Origin: Anolis carolinensis
Lineage: Eukaryota
Length of the DNA: 64,000 bases
Direction: 5' to 3'
NCBI RefSeq assembly: GCF_035594765.1
Contig: NC_085845.1
Location: forward strand, 22,376,024-22,440,023
Below are positions 25,319-38,648 of the stretch, one piece after another (position 1 is the first letter of the stretch; every line of letters begins with the position of its first letter). The notes below the pieces were generated by a model. It ran no database searches. It had not been told where the DNA came from and was given only the letters and a program-made list of their open reading frames with translations. The translations under genes and the position numbers were made by a program.

Positions 25319-28300
25319 CTGAGAAGTGAAAGAAACAAAGATACTTCATAAGAACAGTCAATTAAGCAAGCATTGGCATCTTACAGATATACCATATATA
25401 CTCATGTATAAATTGACCTCAGGGCAGGTTTGGGGACCATATTATGGATTTTGATGGAATCTGTGGATAAGTTGAGAGTTATTCCATAGAGAGGGGAAGG
25501 CACGAATGCCACTGTCACCATTTTCCCACTGAAGCCATTCAAAAGGCCAGAAGCGATGCCACAGTAGAGAGTATTGTGAATCATTAGTTCTTGCTCTTGC
25601 TTTTTGCCACTCTACTCAGAGAAGGGGACAGTAACAGTAGTTACACTGATCCATGGATAAATCGATTCATGCTCTTAGGGTTGGTTTTAAAAAAATAAAA
25701 ATAAAAAATGTCTAGAGTATATAGGGTCATGCTTTTATGGTTTCATGCACTGTGTTAAATTTTCCTGCTAGTCTCTTCAATAAAGCAAATTCAAACATCC
25801 AAATATTCCTGATGCTTAATCACTATACTTACCTGTATTCATGAACTGGTATTTTACTTAAGCTCTTCTCCACTGTATGCCATGCAATTTCCCCCTTGGT
25901 TTCCCACTGACAGTTAAACTATTCAGTTCAGTGTATATATTTCAGGCAGCTATCCTGCCGATCTTAAATTCTCTCAACAGAATGTTTATTTTTATTTCAT
26001 TTGGTACATGCAACAGAGACAAGTAATTATGGATTCTAAAGAAATGAATACAGGGATACAAATGAGCAAAGAAGTAGCAAGACTTCAGCCTTCTGGATGT
26101 TATAGCCTACAACTTCCATCATTCCTTTAGCATAGTCAATGATAAAAGATTTGTAGGAAGCATCATCCAGAATATCTGGAGGTCCAAAGATTCACAATCC
26201 CTTACTTAGTTAAACTTTATTATCTTCGTTACCCTTAATTACAAATATTGTGCATCAAATTATGTAGCTTTCCCTTCTCTTTTATTATTACTTGCACTTG
26301 TTACTATTTGCTTCATGCATGGTTTGTAGCATGTATGAAGTAGGCTTGTCCACATTGCTCTGGAACATAAGGCATCTTTCCAGATTGCACAGATGGGGTA
26401 CACCATTACTATGAGCAAGGCTATTTATTGTACTGATGGAAATTCATAAAACAAATAAGCAAATATTGTACTTGCCATGTGACAAAAGCCTACTGAGAAC
26501 CCTGAAGGCTGGCCTGTCTTAGCCTATAGGCAGTCAACAGCAGAAATTAATGTGTTCACACATGGACAAAAGGAGCCTCCAGCTTCCTTTCTCTCAGTTG
26601 TTTATCTCACCGCATCTCTTTCCTTAGCAGTTAATTTTCCACCCGGCTTCCAACTCCTAAGGAGCCCTCAGATTTCTCAATTGCCAAGGTGCTCCCATAT
26701 GGTGAGTATAATGTGCACTTCAGTTCTAATTTTATGCTGGATAAAAGCATCCAGGATGCTTATTCCTGCTGCCTGTTTTAAAGCCTTGGTAAGTGAAACA
26801 AAGTTTGAAGTCATGGGTAGGTTCCTGAGGGCTAGACACTCCACAGGAACAAGAAGAATAAGACAACATTGAACACGAGTATAATTTATTAAGCATCATA
26901 ATTTATTCAGTGAATAATCATACATATTATTTTATTTTCATGTTCTATGTTCTATTATAAAGTCCCTTGCCAATGTTTTATTGAAACAGGTCTTGTTAAA
27001 TATATAGTATTTTTGTGCAACTTAACAGATGAACTGTTGTGTCATTCTCTTTTGAAATTGTTGTCTTTTCTCATTTTCTTCTTAGAAACAGTATTCAATG
27101 AGCCTAAGATGGACTAAATGTATTACTTTTCCTTGATTTATTGACTTTTTAAATATAGTGCTAAATACACATTCGAAATTGGTGCAAGGAAGCTTGTACA
27201 AGTTTCTAACTCACCCCACATCCCTCACATTGGTTCAGCAATGGACAATGCATTTTCAGTACTTAGTCAAGCATTAAGAAAGGAATAGGGAAAAAGAGGG
27301 AGAAGAAGCTAAATTTACTCATGATCATGTATGCCTTGTTCTTTTGCTCTAAACTGCACAGTGCTTATTTATGGTATCATTATATCAAAAATACTGCCAT
27401 GCTGTTACATGTCTCTGTTGCATCAGCTTTTCAACCAATTTCCTATAGAAAATGGAATTGAAATCCTCATTATTATATCGCTGAAGCAATTGCTTACATT
27501 TAAACAAACTGATGCCCTGGTTTTGAAAGGGAGGTGAAAGCCCCATCAGTCGATAATTAAACTAATGACAATAAAATACAGTACCTCTAAAACATCGCCT
27601 ATTCTTTTATAAAAGCAAGACCTTATTCTCACAATACTTTTATTTTTACCTTAACAGACAATAAAAGACAGCTTACGCACTGTTCTAGCCACATATAACA
27701 CAAGGAGACTTGTCTATGTTGGATTGAAGCTCCAAACAGGAAACATTAATACATATAGATGGTTGATAAATGGACCCAAAAGACTATATGAAGATTTTAA
27801 AACTAGTGGCACTTGCCAACGAAAATAATATTGTTGAATAGAGAGAGAAGTTGTAAACACACATAAATAGGTTTATGGCTCTTTGCTTTAGGGAAGAAAA
27901 GAATATCCAAGACTACTCGATGAATAATTAAAAATACATATTTCTTGAGTCTCTGACAAGAAAAATCATTGATTGATAAGAATCTTTGCAGTTTAGGTCT
28001 TGTTTTCTACAAGGTTATACATTTCTGTGTGCAGGAAACAGTACATCCTACAAAGAAATGCTTTTCTCTGCATAAAATAAGGCCCCAACAGCAAAATCTT
28101 CTACAAAATTAATTGGTGCAGAAATATTATTTTCAGTCCTAGAGAGAAAATGCTGGAAAAAGCCCATGTCTATCTTGAGCACAATATGTTCCCAATAGCA
28201 ATCTGAAAACTATGAAGTTTTGAAGACTTTCTCACTGAAAAAAAACTTGCTAAAATTACTAGTGTCTTCTTTTGAGAATGAAATTACTTTGCTAGAGGAC

Positions 28301-28335
28301 TAAATGATGGATATATAGATTTTAAACGGCATTCA

Positions 28336-28653
<318 letters not shown>

Positions 28654-31147
28654 TTAAGAGTCACAAATAAAATTAGGAGTCATCACTAAAACAGACAAAG
28701 CATTTTTATTGCAGAAAGATGATGGTGGGAATCCATTAAGTCAAGTCTCAGTGGCCATGACTCCTGACTATGACAATTTATGAAGGAAACTCTATGGCAC
28801 ATGAAAACAGTGGGGTGTTTTAACGTGCGGACGCATCCTTTCTCACCCATTCATGTGTTATTTTCCATCCTTTACTGAGTTCAGATGTATCCTGAAAGCC
28901 AATCTAAGATTCCTATTGAGGAGTGAGGTATTTCTTTTGTGCTCTTTGAGATGACTATTTATTATTAGTATTTATTATCTGGGACATTTCTATACCGCCT
29001 TTCTCTGAAAATCCAAGGCATTTTATAGCAGCAATTCCACACAATATAAAAATAACCATCAAATAAAAGTCCATCAAATAAATATTTCAAGCATTACATT
29101 GCATTTCTGTCATATCAAGCAATTATTTTCATTTGATTCCCTCCTGAACCTGCTTCCTTTAGTCTGTTTGGAATTTCTGCTCCCTTATTCAGAAAACTGT
29201 TACAGCCTACAGCTGTAGGGCCCTTGGGATAAGGATATCTCATCCCTGCTGTTTATAAATCATCATGTATTTACATGCATTAAAATGATGAAATAAATAC
29301 ATTGGAGCCATTTGTGATGAGTATGCTAATGATGCAAAGGCTTAAAATGTAGTTTTGTATGCAAAGGTTTTTTCTCATTCATATATTACACACAAAACAT
29401 GTTGTAAAAATATGTATAGAAGCAAAAAAATATGTGTGTGAGAGAGACCCTTCAGTATATTTATATTGATCTTACAATCTGTGCATTTACAGGAAATGTA
29501 TAGCTTCATGTATTATTCACTTATTTCATTTTAAAACAGTTTATAGAGAAACAGAGGGAAACAGTTAAAGATCTAAATATGTACTTTCTAGCCACACAAT
29601 CCTCCATTCATTTCTCCTTTAAAAGAAGCACCTCATTCTCCCAGAGATGCCTGAGGTAAGTTAGTCTAACGTAACTTGGCTGAACATTGAGTAGCTTATT
29701 TGCTTTTTAACTAAGCATGCTTTTGGAGGCCCAAGAGTGATCAAAGCAATGCCTTCATGTCACTGATGTTAGAATGAATGCCCCACAAAATATTCCCTGC
29801 ACCCAGTCAGTTCCCACTACTAAGAAAGACCTGGTTTGTCCTGACAAAGATCCCTGTTAACTCTAAACCATTTGAACATCTGCCCAAGGGCACTGGAAGC
29901 CAACAAACTTTGGTTGATATTATTTCAGTCTTATAGAAGTGACTCTGATCAGTCATCCGAGCAATTGGGCTCTTCCTGTTTTGGTTAGAATAAAACTTGG
30001 TTCATTTTTAGTAGACACAGAAAAGTAGCCATTTCTAAATGACAGGAGTGTTCCCATTCTGGCCAGTTGTTCCATTTTAGCATGTAAAATATTTTGTGAG
30101 AAATATGTAAATTTTTTTATACTCGGTCAGATCCATGCTATCTTATCTTTCAGTATCTTATCACTTGATTAGCTTTAGCTAACTATGTCACTTATCTTCA
30201 GCAGATGCTATTGTGCTATTGAGAGAGTGTGGGGTTGTACCAAAAGTTCTGTTTGTGATTGTCTCTTTGACATGTGCAATCACTAACAAAGGAATATTCA
30301 TTCATGAACCAACCCTTGGATTTCTCTAGCTCTTGTGTTAAGGCAATCAATAATGAAAGGTCAGGCACAGAGCTGGCTTCTATGCTGATATTTGGTTGCA
30401 CCTATTTAGTACATGTCAGGAACATATTGCCATGCATTCATCACCCTAATCCTTTCCTGTTGCTGGTAGTGCAAACAACACACAATCTGTACTGTTTTTA
30501 TAGTGGAAGCAACAGTCAAAGATATTGTTCTTTCAGTAATGATTTGTTTTCCCTTTGCCTTGCTTCCCTGCACAACAGTCAAGCTTATAACAAAACCCCA
30601 GATAAGTTTCAACTGGACTAACTAAAAAATTTCTTTAAAACCAGTGCAAGTTTTTGAGATATCCAGAGATTTTTATTAGGAAAACTGTCAGAGAAGAAGA
30701 CACAAAAAGAATGGAGAAGTCTGTAATTTTATGCACCCTCTTTCTAAACACAAAATAATAATAATAGTAAGGGTCAAGTTTTATTTGCCAGTGAAAAGGA
30801 GTGCCACATTAATGCAGGGTAGGAAAAGTGGCAGGAGAATGCATATGACATTTTATGATAACTACCAGCAACAGATGTTCTTCTGCTGCAATTCCAGTTT
30901 GTGGCTGAATAGGTATACAATAAATGTCAGGGTTCAGTATGTTGGGAAGCACAGTTAATGACTTCTTTTCATTTCCACCAATTAGTGGTCTGGACATTGT
31001 CTTTTTCCAAAAGCACAGAAACTTTTAATTTAACTGACACAGGCACAGAGAACCATGACAATGTGTCGTCGAAGGCTTTCATGGCCGGGATCACAGGGTT
31101 GTTGTATGTCTTTCGGGCTGTGTGGCCATGTTCCAGAAGCATTCTCT

Positions 31148-31188
31148 CCTGACGTTTCGCCCACATCTATGGCAGGCATCCTCAGAGG
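31148..31188 (-). ncRNA. Minimal type I hammerhead ribozyme motif (second copy, sense to UNC5C pre-mRNA)
   Basis: Reverse complement of the 32343-32383 motif, differing only in the stem II loop. Confidence 0.85.
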
Positions 31189-32342
31189 TTGTGAGGTATG
31201 GAGAAAACTAAGCAAAGAGGTTAATATATATCTGTGGAAAGTCTAGGGTGAGAGAGGTCAGTATGAATGTAGTGTAGTTAATCACTTAAATTAGCATTGA
31301 AAAGCTTATCTGCTGTCTTCTTCCTGCCTCTGGGGCATCCTTTGTTTAGAGTCGTTAACTGCCCTTGGTTGATTCATGTCTGGAAACCCTCTGTTTTCAG
31401 AGTATTGCTTTTTATTTACTGTTCTGATTTTTGAGTTTTGTAATACTGGTAGCCAGATTTTGTTCATTTTCATGGTTTCTTCCTTTCTGTTGAAGTTGTC
31501 CACATGCTTGTGGATTTCAATGGCTTCTCTGTGTAGTCTGACATGATAGTTGTTAGAATGGTCCAGCATTTTTGTGTTCTCAAATAGTATTCTGTGTCCA
31601 GGCTGGTTCATCAAATGCTCTGCTATGGCTGATTTCTCTGGTTGAATTAGTCTGCAGTGCCTTTCATGTTCTTTGACTCTTGTTTGGGCGCTGCGTTTGG
31701 TGGTCCCTATGTAGACTTGTCCACAGCTGCATGGTATCCGGTAGACTCCTGCAGAAGAGAGAGGATCCCTCTTGTCCTTCGCTGACCGTAGCATTTGTTG
31801 GATTTTCTTCGTGGGTCTGTAGATAGTTTGTAGGTTGTGCTTCCCGCATAGGGAAGCTGATGAAGAAGCACCAGAGAAACTGATTTCAACCAGAGAAATC
31901 AGCCATAGCAGAGCATTTGATGAACCAGCCTGGACACAGAATACTATTTGAGAACACAAAAATGCTGGACCATTCTAACAACTATCATGTCAGACTACAC
32001 AGAGAAGCCATTGAAATCCACAAGCATGTGGACAACTTCAACAGAAAGGAAGAAACCATGAAAATGAACAAAATCTGGCTACCAGTATTACAAAACTCAA
32101 AAATCAGAACAGTAAATAAAAAGCAATACTCTGAAAACAGAGGGTTTCCAGACATGAATCAACCAAGGGCAGTTAACGACTCTAAACAAAGGATGCCCCA
32201 GAGGCAGGAAGAAGACAGCAGATAAGCTTTTCAATGCTAATTTAAGTGATTAACTACACTACATTCATACTGACCTCTCTCACCCTAGACTTTCCACAGA
32301 TATATATTAACCTCTTTGCTTAGTTTTCTCCATACCTCACAA

Positions 32343-32383
32343 CCTCTGAGGATGCCTGCCATAGAAGTGGGCGAAACGTCAGG
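32343..32383 (+). ncRNA. Minimal type I hammerhead ribozyme motif in Penelope pLTR
   Basis: cct-CTGAGGA-t-gcctgc(catagaa)gtgggc-GAAA-cg-TC-agg: CUGANGA and GAAA cores, 6-bp stem II, palindromic ACGT stem III, GUC cleavage triplet, short stem I. Confidence 0.85.
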
Positions 32384-34829
32384 AGAGAATGCTTCTGGAA
32401 CATGGCCACACAGCCCGAAAGACATACAACAACCCTGAGAACCATGACAGTTTGTATAGCAGCATAGATAGAGATTAAATTTAGGTAGTACACAATATAT
32501 TATTAATATCATTTTAAAATTATTATTAAAACCATTTGCATCTGATTGTAAGTACCAGCTAGCACTTGATCTAAATGACACCCTTACTGTGTTGCACCCT
32601 TTTCTCTTGGAATGTCTTGAAAATAGATCCTATATAAGACATATATTTCTAACCACTAGTAAACTTGGGCCCTGAGTGAGGAGACAGGTGTGAGATCTAT
32701 TAGAATTGTGTGCGGAATTTGTTCCTTCGTTTCCTTCATGCTATTGTTTTGTTTTGACTGTTTGTCTATATAAAACAAATAACGTTTTCTTAGGAAACGA
32801 GAGGTGAGATGAAAATGAAAGCTACACAGTCATCATGCATGCTTTCGTTTTCCTTTCATTTCGGCCCTTAACAATAAGCAGTTACTAACAGACGGCTGCT
32901 TTCCCATTACAGCTGATGTGTACCAATGGGTGTTAATAATAATATTAATATAAAATAATGATAGTTATTCTGGGACCCTAAGCTGAGTCTGGGAGAGGAG
33001 TGCCTCCCTATGACAGCTAATATATGCCAATGGGTGCTAATAATATTATTAATAACAATAGTACTCTGGGGAAGACCCAAATATTTTAAAAGTTGGTGAG
33101 CTAAAAGGGATTGAAATGCCCTCTGTGTGTAGTGATTTTCATCCCATAGCCCAAAAACCAAGGGGGAGGGGTGAGCCTCGGGAAGCCCTCCCATTGCTGC
33201 CAATGGGATGAAATTTTGTGTTTTTTGTTAGCCAGATGAAAACTTGTGTCGTATAGGTGTCCCATTTTCGTTAGCGGGAACCAAATGCAAAAATGAGATG
33301 ACATGAATAAAACTACACAAAACAAACAGCAATTCCATACAAAAGCACAACACTCATATGTATTAAATGTATTAAACTTATTAAATAAAGAAATTAGTTG
33401 TTAAGAAAAATCTTAGCTCGCTCCATTAATTGGCTCTAGCAACAAATTATAAAGACTAAAAAATTATTTGCATACATCACTTGCTGCAGAGATAATACCA
33501 AAGTGAACGCCATACTCCTGGGAGATTAGCATCAACACTAAATACAACAAAGTACATTGTGAAACACTAAGTCTACAAGAAGCACAGTGTGACATTTATT
33601 AATTCAGACAACATATAAGAAGCCAATTGTGAAGAAGATTTTGGTGTACATCACAGAGCACAGAACAAATTAAGGACTTGGAAAAAGTATAATTTGCTCT
33701 TATTGCTGGCTGAAACAACTATCTCTCCCTCCCTCTTCTTTATCAAACCACTAAAACAACCTGCTACATTAGATTGGATACTGCAGCAGCTGAGAAAATC
33801 TTAATATGAATATCCTGAGATAGAAAATTATCATACCCCCCTGAGTTTAAACTGGCTGGAGAGGAAAAAGCAAAAGAGATTATAGAGGTAAGGATACTAG
33901 AGCTTGGACAGAAAAGAAATGGAAAAAGCAAGTAACTTTATGCAACCATATAAATTCATGACGACAGTGCAAAACTGTTTTGGTACAGAAACCTGCATAA
34001 TCCACAGAAATACACTGCTTTCTGCACAGAAATATGGGTTTTGCAGAATTATTTTTTTCATACTAAACTCAACTTCAAAAAATAAAATAGAAATGTACAG
34101 AAACTCCATTTTCTCATACAGTAGGGAGACCAACCTTTGAAATTTTGAATTAAAAAGTGCATATTTTATTTCTACAAGTACCTACATATCTCTTAGGTGA
34201 ACCTCATTGATAAAACAGCTGTTTTTCCCTTTTTCTGTAAAGTCAACATCTTGCAATATCTTTAGAGCAGTGCTGCTAATAATGTCTTCCAAAATGAAGC
34301 ATCCACTTCCAGAGAATGAAAATCCAAACCATTTGCCAATGTTTTATGTGTGTAATTTATCACAAAAGACAGGATATTGCATTTTAAGCTCCTTGGGGCT
34401 TTGACCCAAACCGCTGGATCTACTTGCAGAGCCTTTTAAAAATGAATCAGTTATAATGCCATTGGTAATAGTAATATAAGGTGCACAAGAAATGCTCCAG
34501 ACAGAAAATGTACATTGCAATTATCTCAGGAGTATGAAAAGCTAGTCACAATAAAAACAGTTTCATTTTAAAAAATAAAAAACCCTACAATGTCAACATT
34601 TTAGGACTCCTATAAATACTAGATTTCTAGGTTTTGTGCTCTCTTGTATTAACCACCCTTATGCCATGGTCAAATTGTGGAATAGAAAAATACTCAGGAA
34701 TTCATTTATTTATTAGTAGTTTTCTCTAATCTTTCTTTTGAAACATGCATGGCTCTCTCCAGTTTCTCTGTTCAACCATCCTATGATGTAGGTTGGTTTG
34801 ATATACAAGATCACCTTTCCTGTAGTAAT

Positions 34830-34950
34830 TGATTCTTATACAATCTAAGATTTGGAAGGAACCATAAAGACAATTCTAATCCAACCCTTACCATGTAGGA
34901 ATACAAGAACGAAGCACTCCTAAAAGCTGTCAATCCAATGTCTGTTTATT
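34830..34950 (-). mobile_element. Short degenerate CR1 3' end
   Basis: tttggaaggaaccataaagacaattctaatccaaccc resembles a reverse-complemented CR1 3' terminus. Confidence 0.5.
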
Positions 34951-35335
34951 TATTTCTGAGCACAGTAATAACAAGTTACATGTCCGGTAGTCATCTGAAA
35001 AGGTTTACTTTTTGAGTAGCAAGAGATATTTTAATAGTTTGCCCTCCATGTCTACAGATTATGTATCAATGAATTCAACCACCCATGACTTGAAAATATC
35101 TATTTTTAAAATTCCTAAATAACCCAAAATGTTAATCTTGTCATTTTTAAATAAGGGGCACAATTTTCTCCACCTTTGTAAGTAATAGAACTTGATCATC
35201 CATTGATTTTGGTATCATGGAGGATCCTGAAACAAATCTTGGAACAAATGAAGGACCTACTTTAATGTCAAGAGCAAGGGTTAATTTATGTTATTTGGTG
35301 CAAATAAGAATGCTTTTTATCTATTTTATCTACAG

Positions 35336-35470
35336 CAATGGTTCTCAACCTGGGGTCCCCAGATGTTTTTGGCCTTCAACTCCTAGAAATCCTAACAGCT
35401 GGTAAACTGGGTGGGATTTCCAGGAGTTGTAGGCCAAAAACATCTGGGGACCCCAGGTTGAGAACCACGG
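35336..35470. mobile_element. Short palindromic hAT MITE
   Basis: caatggttctcaacctggggtccccagatgtttttggcc ... ggccaaaaacatctggggaccccaggttgagaacc; TSD atctacag / atctacat. Confidence 0.88.
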
Positions 35471-36140
35471 ATCTACATGTATACTTTCAGAGGCTTTCTT
35501 ATTTTGGCATGTTTTATGCATTTTTTCTTATTAATACTGAAATAGTTTTCTCAAAAATAAGACAAATAATAAGGAACACTTTTTGATAAAACAATAAGTT
35601 TACCATTCAAATACTATGAATAACAGAAACTCTCTGAAATCTACTTTAAAGACACAGCTAGAAATATCTTCTCGATATTTTTGTCTTTTGCTTCCCTAGT
35701 TGAGAGAACTGGGAGGGAAGCAGAGAGGGGCCAAACTCTATTTTTGTCACTGACACCTCCATGTCCTCTTCCCCTAATTCCCAATAGGGAGGTAAGAGGC
35801 ACGTTGGAAGAAAACATCATCAACAGAAAGTTCAAAGTTGAAAGGCAAGGGCGAACAGATACCTTCACCCAGCTTCATGGAGTGCTATGGTACCTAGGCC
35901 TGCTTCTCAGTCTGTTCGGGCTTAAAGTTGCAAGTGTCTTCTTGCATACCTAAAATGGTAATATTAAAAACATGGGATCCAATCTAAACTGGAAATGTAA
36001 TTACTAAGTGTGTCAAATCTGGCCACAATGTGTATTGAAATACTTACTCTAAAGTGAGAGAGGAGGGAAATAACTCTACCTTGTGATGTGTGCTATGTGG
36101 CCCTAGCACTTAGGTTAGACATGGCTACTTTTGATATGAT

Positions 36141-36453
36141 AAAGGTAAAGGTTTTCCCCTGACATTAAGTCTAGTCGTGTCCGACTCTGGGGGTTGGTGC
36201 TCATCTCCATTTCTAAGCCGAAGAGCCAGCGTTGTCTGTAGACATCTCCAAGGTCATGTGGTCAGCATGACTGCATGGAGCACCGTTATCTTCCCGCCGG
36301 AGCGGTACCTATTGATCTATTCACATTTGCATGTTTTCAAACTGCTAGGTTGGCAGAAGCTGGGGCAAACAGTGGGAGCTCACCCTGCTCCCCGGATACG
36401 AACTACCGACCTTTTGGTCAGCAAGTTCAGCAGCTCAGTAGTTTAACCCATTG
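36141..36453 (-). mobile_element. Sauria SINE
   Basis: aaaggtaaaggt (reverse of the ACCTTT tail), followed by the Sauria SINE body and a tRNA-like head. Confidence 0.9.
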
Positions 36454-36601
36454 TTCTATTATGTTCAGCATTTTCTACACACTTTGCCAATTAAATAAGT
36501 TTTAGGTCTGGCTTTACTGTGGTTTATCATGCTGTGGTGCTTTGATGCAAAACAAATCGATGCTTGGCTTCCTGCATTTAATGTTCATTTGATCACTTAG
36601 A

Positions 36602-36933
36602 TCAGGGCTTCTTCAACTTTTTCTACTTGCAAACCCTTTTTGCCCATAATTTTTTACATGACTCCAGATATACAGATACAGAAAAAAGGTATAATATCAA
36701 ACATTGACTGATATTAAGTTAGCATTTGCAAGATTTGCTAAACAGGCTGATTTCCCTTTTTGTGGATTATAGCTGAAGTATTTTCTGCAGAGTCCACTGT
36801 AAGTACTGCATGTTGCGGCTTGTGGCTTATAGATTTGTGTAAATGGATGGCATTCAAAAACCTCGAACTGTTGCCACATTTTTTGTGGGGTAACCCCTTT
36901 TGGAGTCAGGACCCAGAGTTTACAAAGCAGTGG
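36602..36933. mobile_element. Degenerate hAT-like MITE
   Basis: cagggcttcttcaact ... agtttacaaagcagtg imperfect TIRs. Confidence 0.55.
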
Positions 36934-37970
36934 TTTAGGTAAATTACTTTTCTGCACTAAACTCTCCAGAATTTTCCAAGTAGTATGGGGATAACATGCT
37001 GGTTGAAAATTAAACTTCCAAGCTCTGGGAAAGTCAGTATTTGTTCAGCCCCTGTATCTGCAGTAACGAAATAAAATTACAATGCCTTTCTAGTGGTGTG
37101 GTAGCAAAGGTAGCCAATACCCATATATGCTAAGAGTTTAGTTTCATAGTAATCTATCTTTTTTTCCCCCAATTATCCATACAAAGGATCTATCCACACT
37201 GGTACCATAAATTAGAGTGCCATGTTATTTTTTATGTTATCCATAGTATTTATAAAATACTTGCTATAACAAATTTCCCAGAAATTTATATTAAACTGCA
37301 CCTCTACTGCAAAGTAAAAATAATATAATTTATAAATCTACAATAGTATAAATACATTTCAACAACAACATAGGCAAAAGCAGAATAAAACAAATTCCAC
37401 ATAATAGAAATATCATTTTCAACCAATCAAAATGCAGAAGTCACTTTATTCTGGCTCTTGAAGCTCAACTGGCTTCTCATCTGGCCAAAGATGTTAAAAA
37501 TCATACAGGAGAAGAGAAGAGAAGAGATGGGCTGGGAGTCACATGTCTACATTTGGTATCAGATGTTGTCTCCACTTTGGTTCATTTGGTCACTTTTGGC
37601 CAAGTGAGGTCTAATAAAAAGGACATTAAAATTAAGCTCAATGAGCATCAGCAAAGTAACCCCTCTTGGGTTCAGGATAGCCTTTGTTTTTTGCCAGGCC
37701 AAAAGCCCCCTTTCTTAGGGAGACAACACTGAATTTCTCAAGAAGTCTCTATACTGCCACACCTATTTAAGTAAATTATAGTCCCAATAAAAGTGTTTTA
37801 CCTCTGCTGGAGGTAAAAACTTCAAAGTTAGGTCCTAGTAAAATGTTCCATTAAAGGGCATATATACAACCTGCATTTAAGACTTAACACATTCCCCAGC
37901 TCTTTATAGGGGACCTCATTTCAGAGGGTGGGTCCCACTATTTAGGAGCTGATGCCACAAATGCATAGGT

Positions 37971-38648
37971 CATTTACCTGGCCCCCGCCCTCAGTTTTAT
38001 AATACATTTTTATATCAGTTTTAATAATATAATATATTGTATATACATATAATATTGATAAAAATATTATAATGTTATACAATATAATACTAATAATAAT
38101 ACCATACAATAATATTAATTATATGTTATATATTACATATAGTATTACAGTATAGTGGTATAGTTCAATATAGTAATGTATAATGCTAATATTTTGCTAT
38201 GCTAATAATATAATATATTGTATGTACATATAGCTGCTCTGAGTCCCCTTCGGGGTGAGAAGGGTGGGATATAAATGTAGTAAATAAATGTAGTAAGCAA
38301 ATAAATAATTAATTTTAGACTTGGGCTCACCCAAATTCTGAAATGACTTGAAGGCACACAACAACAACAAACAACAATCCTAATTCACTTGACTTATCTC
38401 ATTGGCCAGTAGCAGGCCCACACTTTCCATTGAAATCTTGATAGGTTTATGTTGGTTAAGATTGTTTTCATTTTTAAATATTGTATTGTTCTTTCGTTGT
38501 TGTTGTTGTTGTTGTTTTGCACTACAAATAAGACATGTGCAGTGTGCATAGGAATTTGTTTGTATTTTTTTTCAAATGATAATTTGGCCCCTCAACAGTC
38601 TGAAGGATTGTAGACTGGCCCTTTGCTTTAAAAGTTTGAGGACCCCTG
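37971..38648. mobile_element. Second copy of the composite hAT element, left TIR deleted
   Basis: Colinear with about 12379-13064. Right end tttgaggacccctg; flanks gcataggt / gcatagat. Confidence 0.88.

Larger units (their letters stand above)
31061..32437. mobile_element. Penelope-like retroelement (GIY-YIG endonuclease 3' part), two 5'-truncated copies in inverted orientation
   Basis: Minus-strand ORF GVYRIPCSCGQVYIGTTKRS...RVKEH...SAIAEH...REAIEI is a GIY-YIG domain. Arms 31094-31646 and 31885-32437 are reverse complements. TSD (g)agaaccatgaca at 31048-31060 and 32437-32449. Confidence 0.95.

Noticed and set aside
31306-31959. 217-aa ORF as a complete endonuclease gene
   Set aside because: The N-terminal about 39 codons are read from the inverted arm and junction filler; no RT domain.
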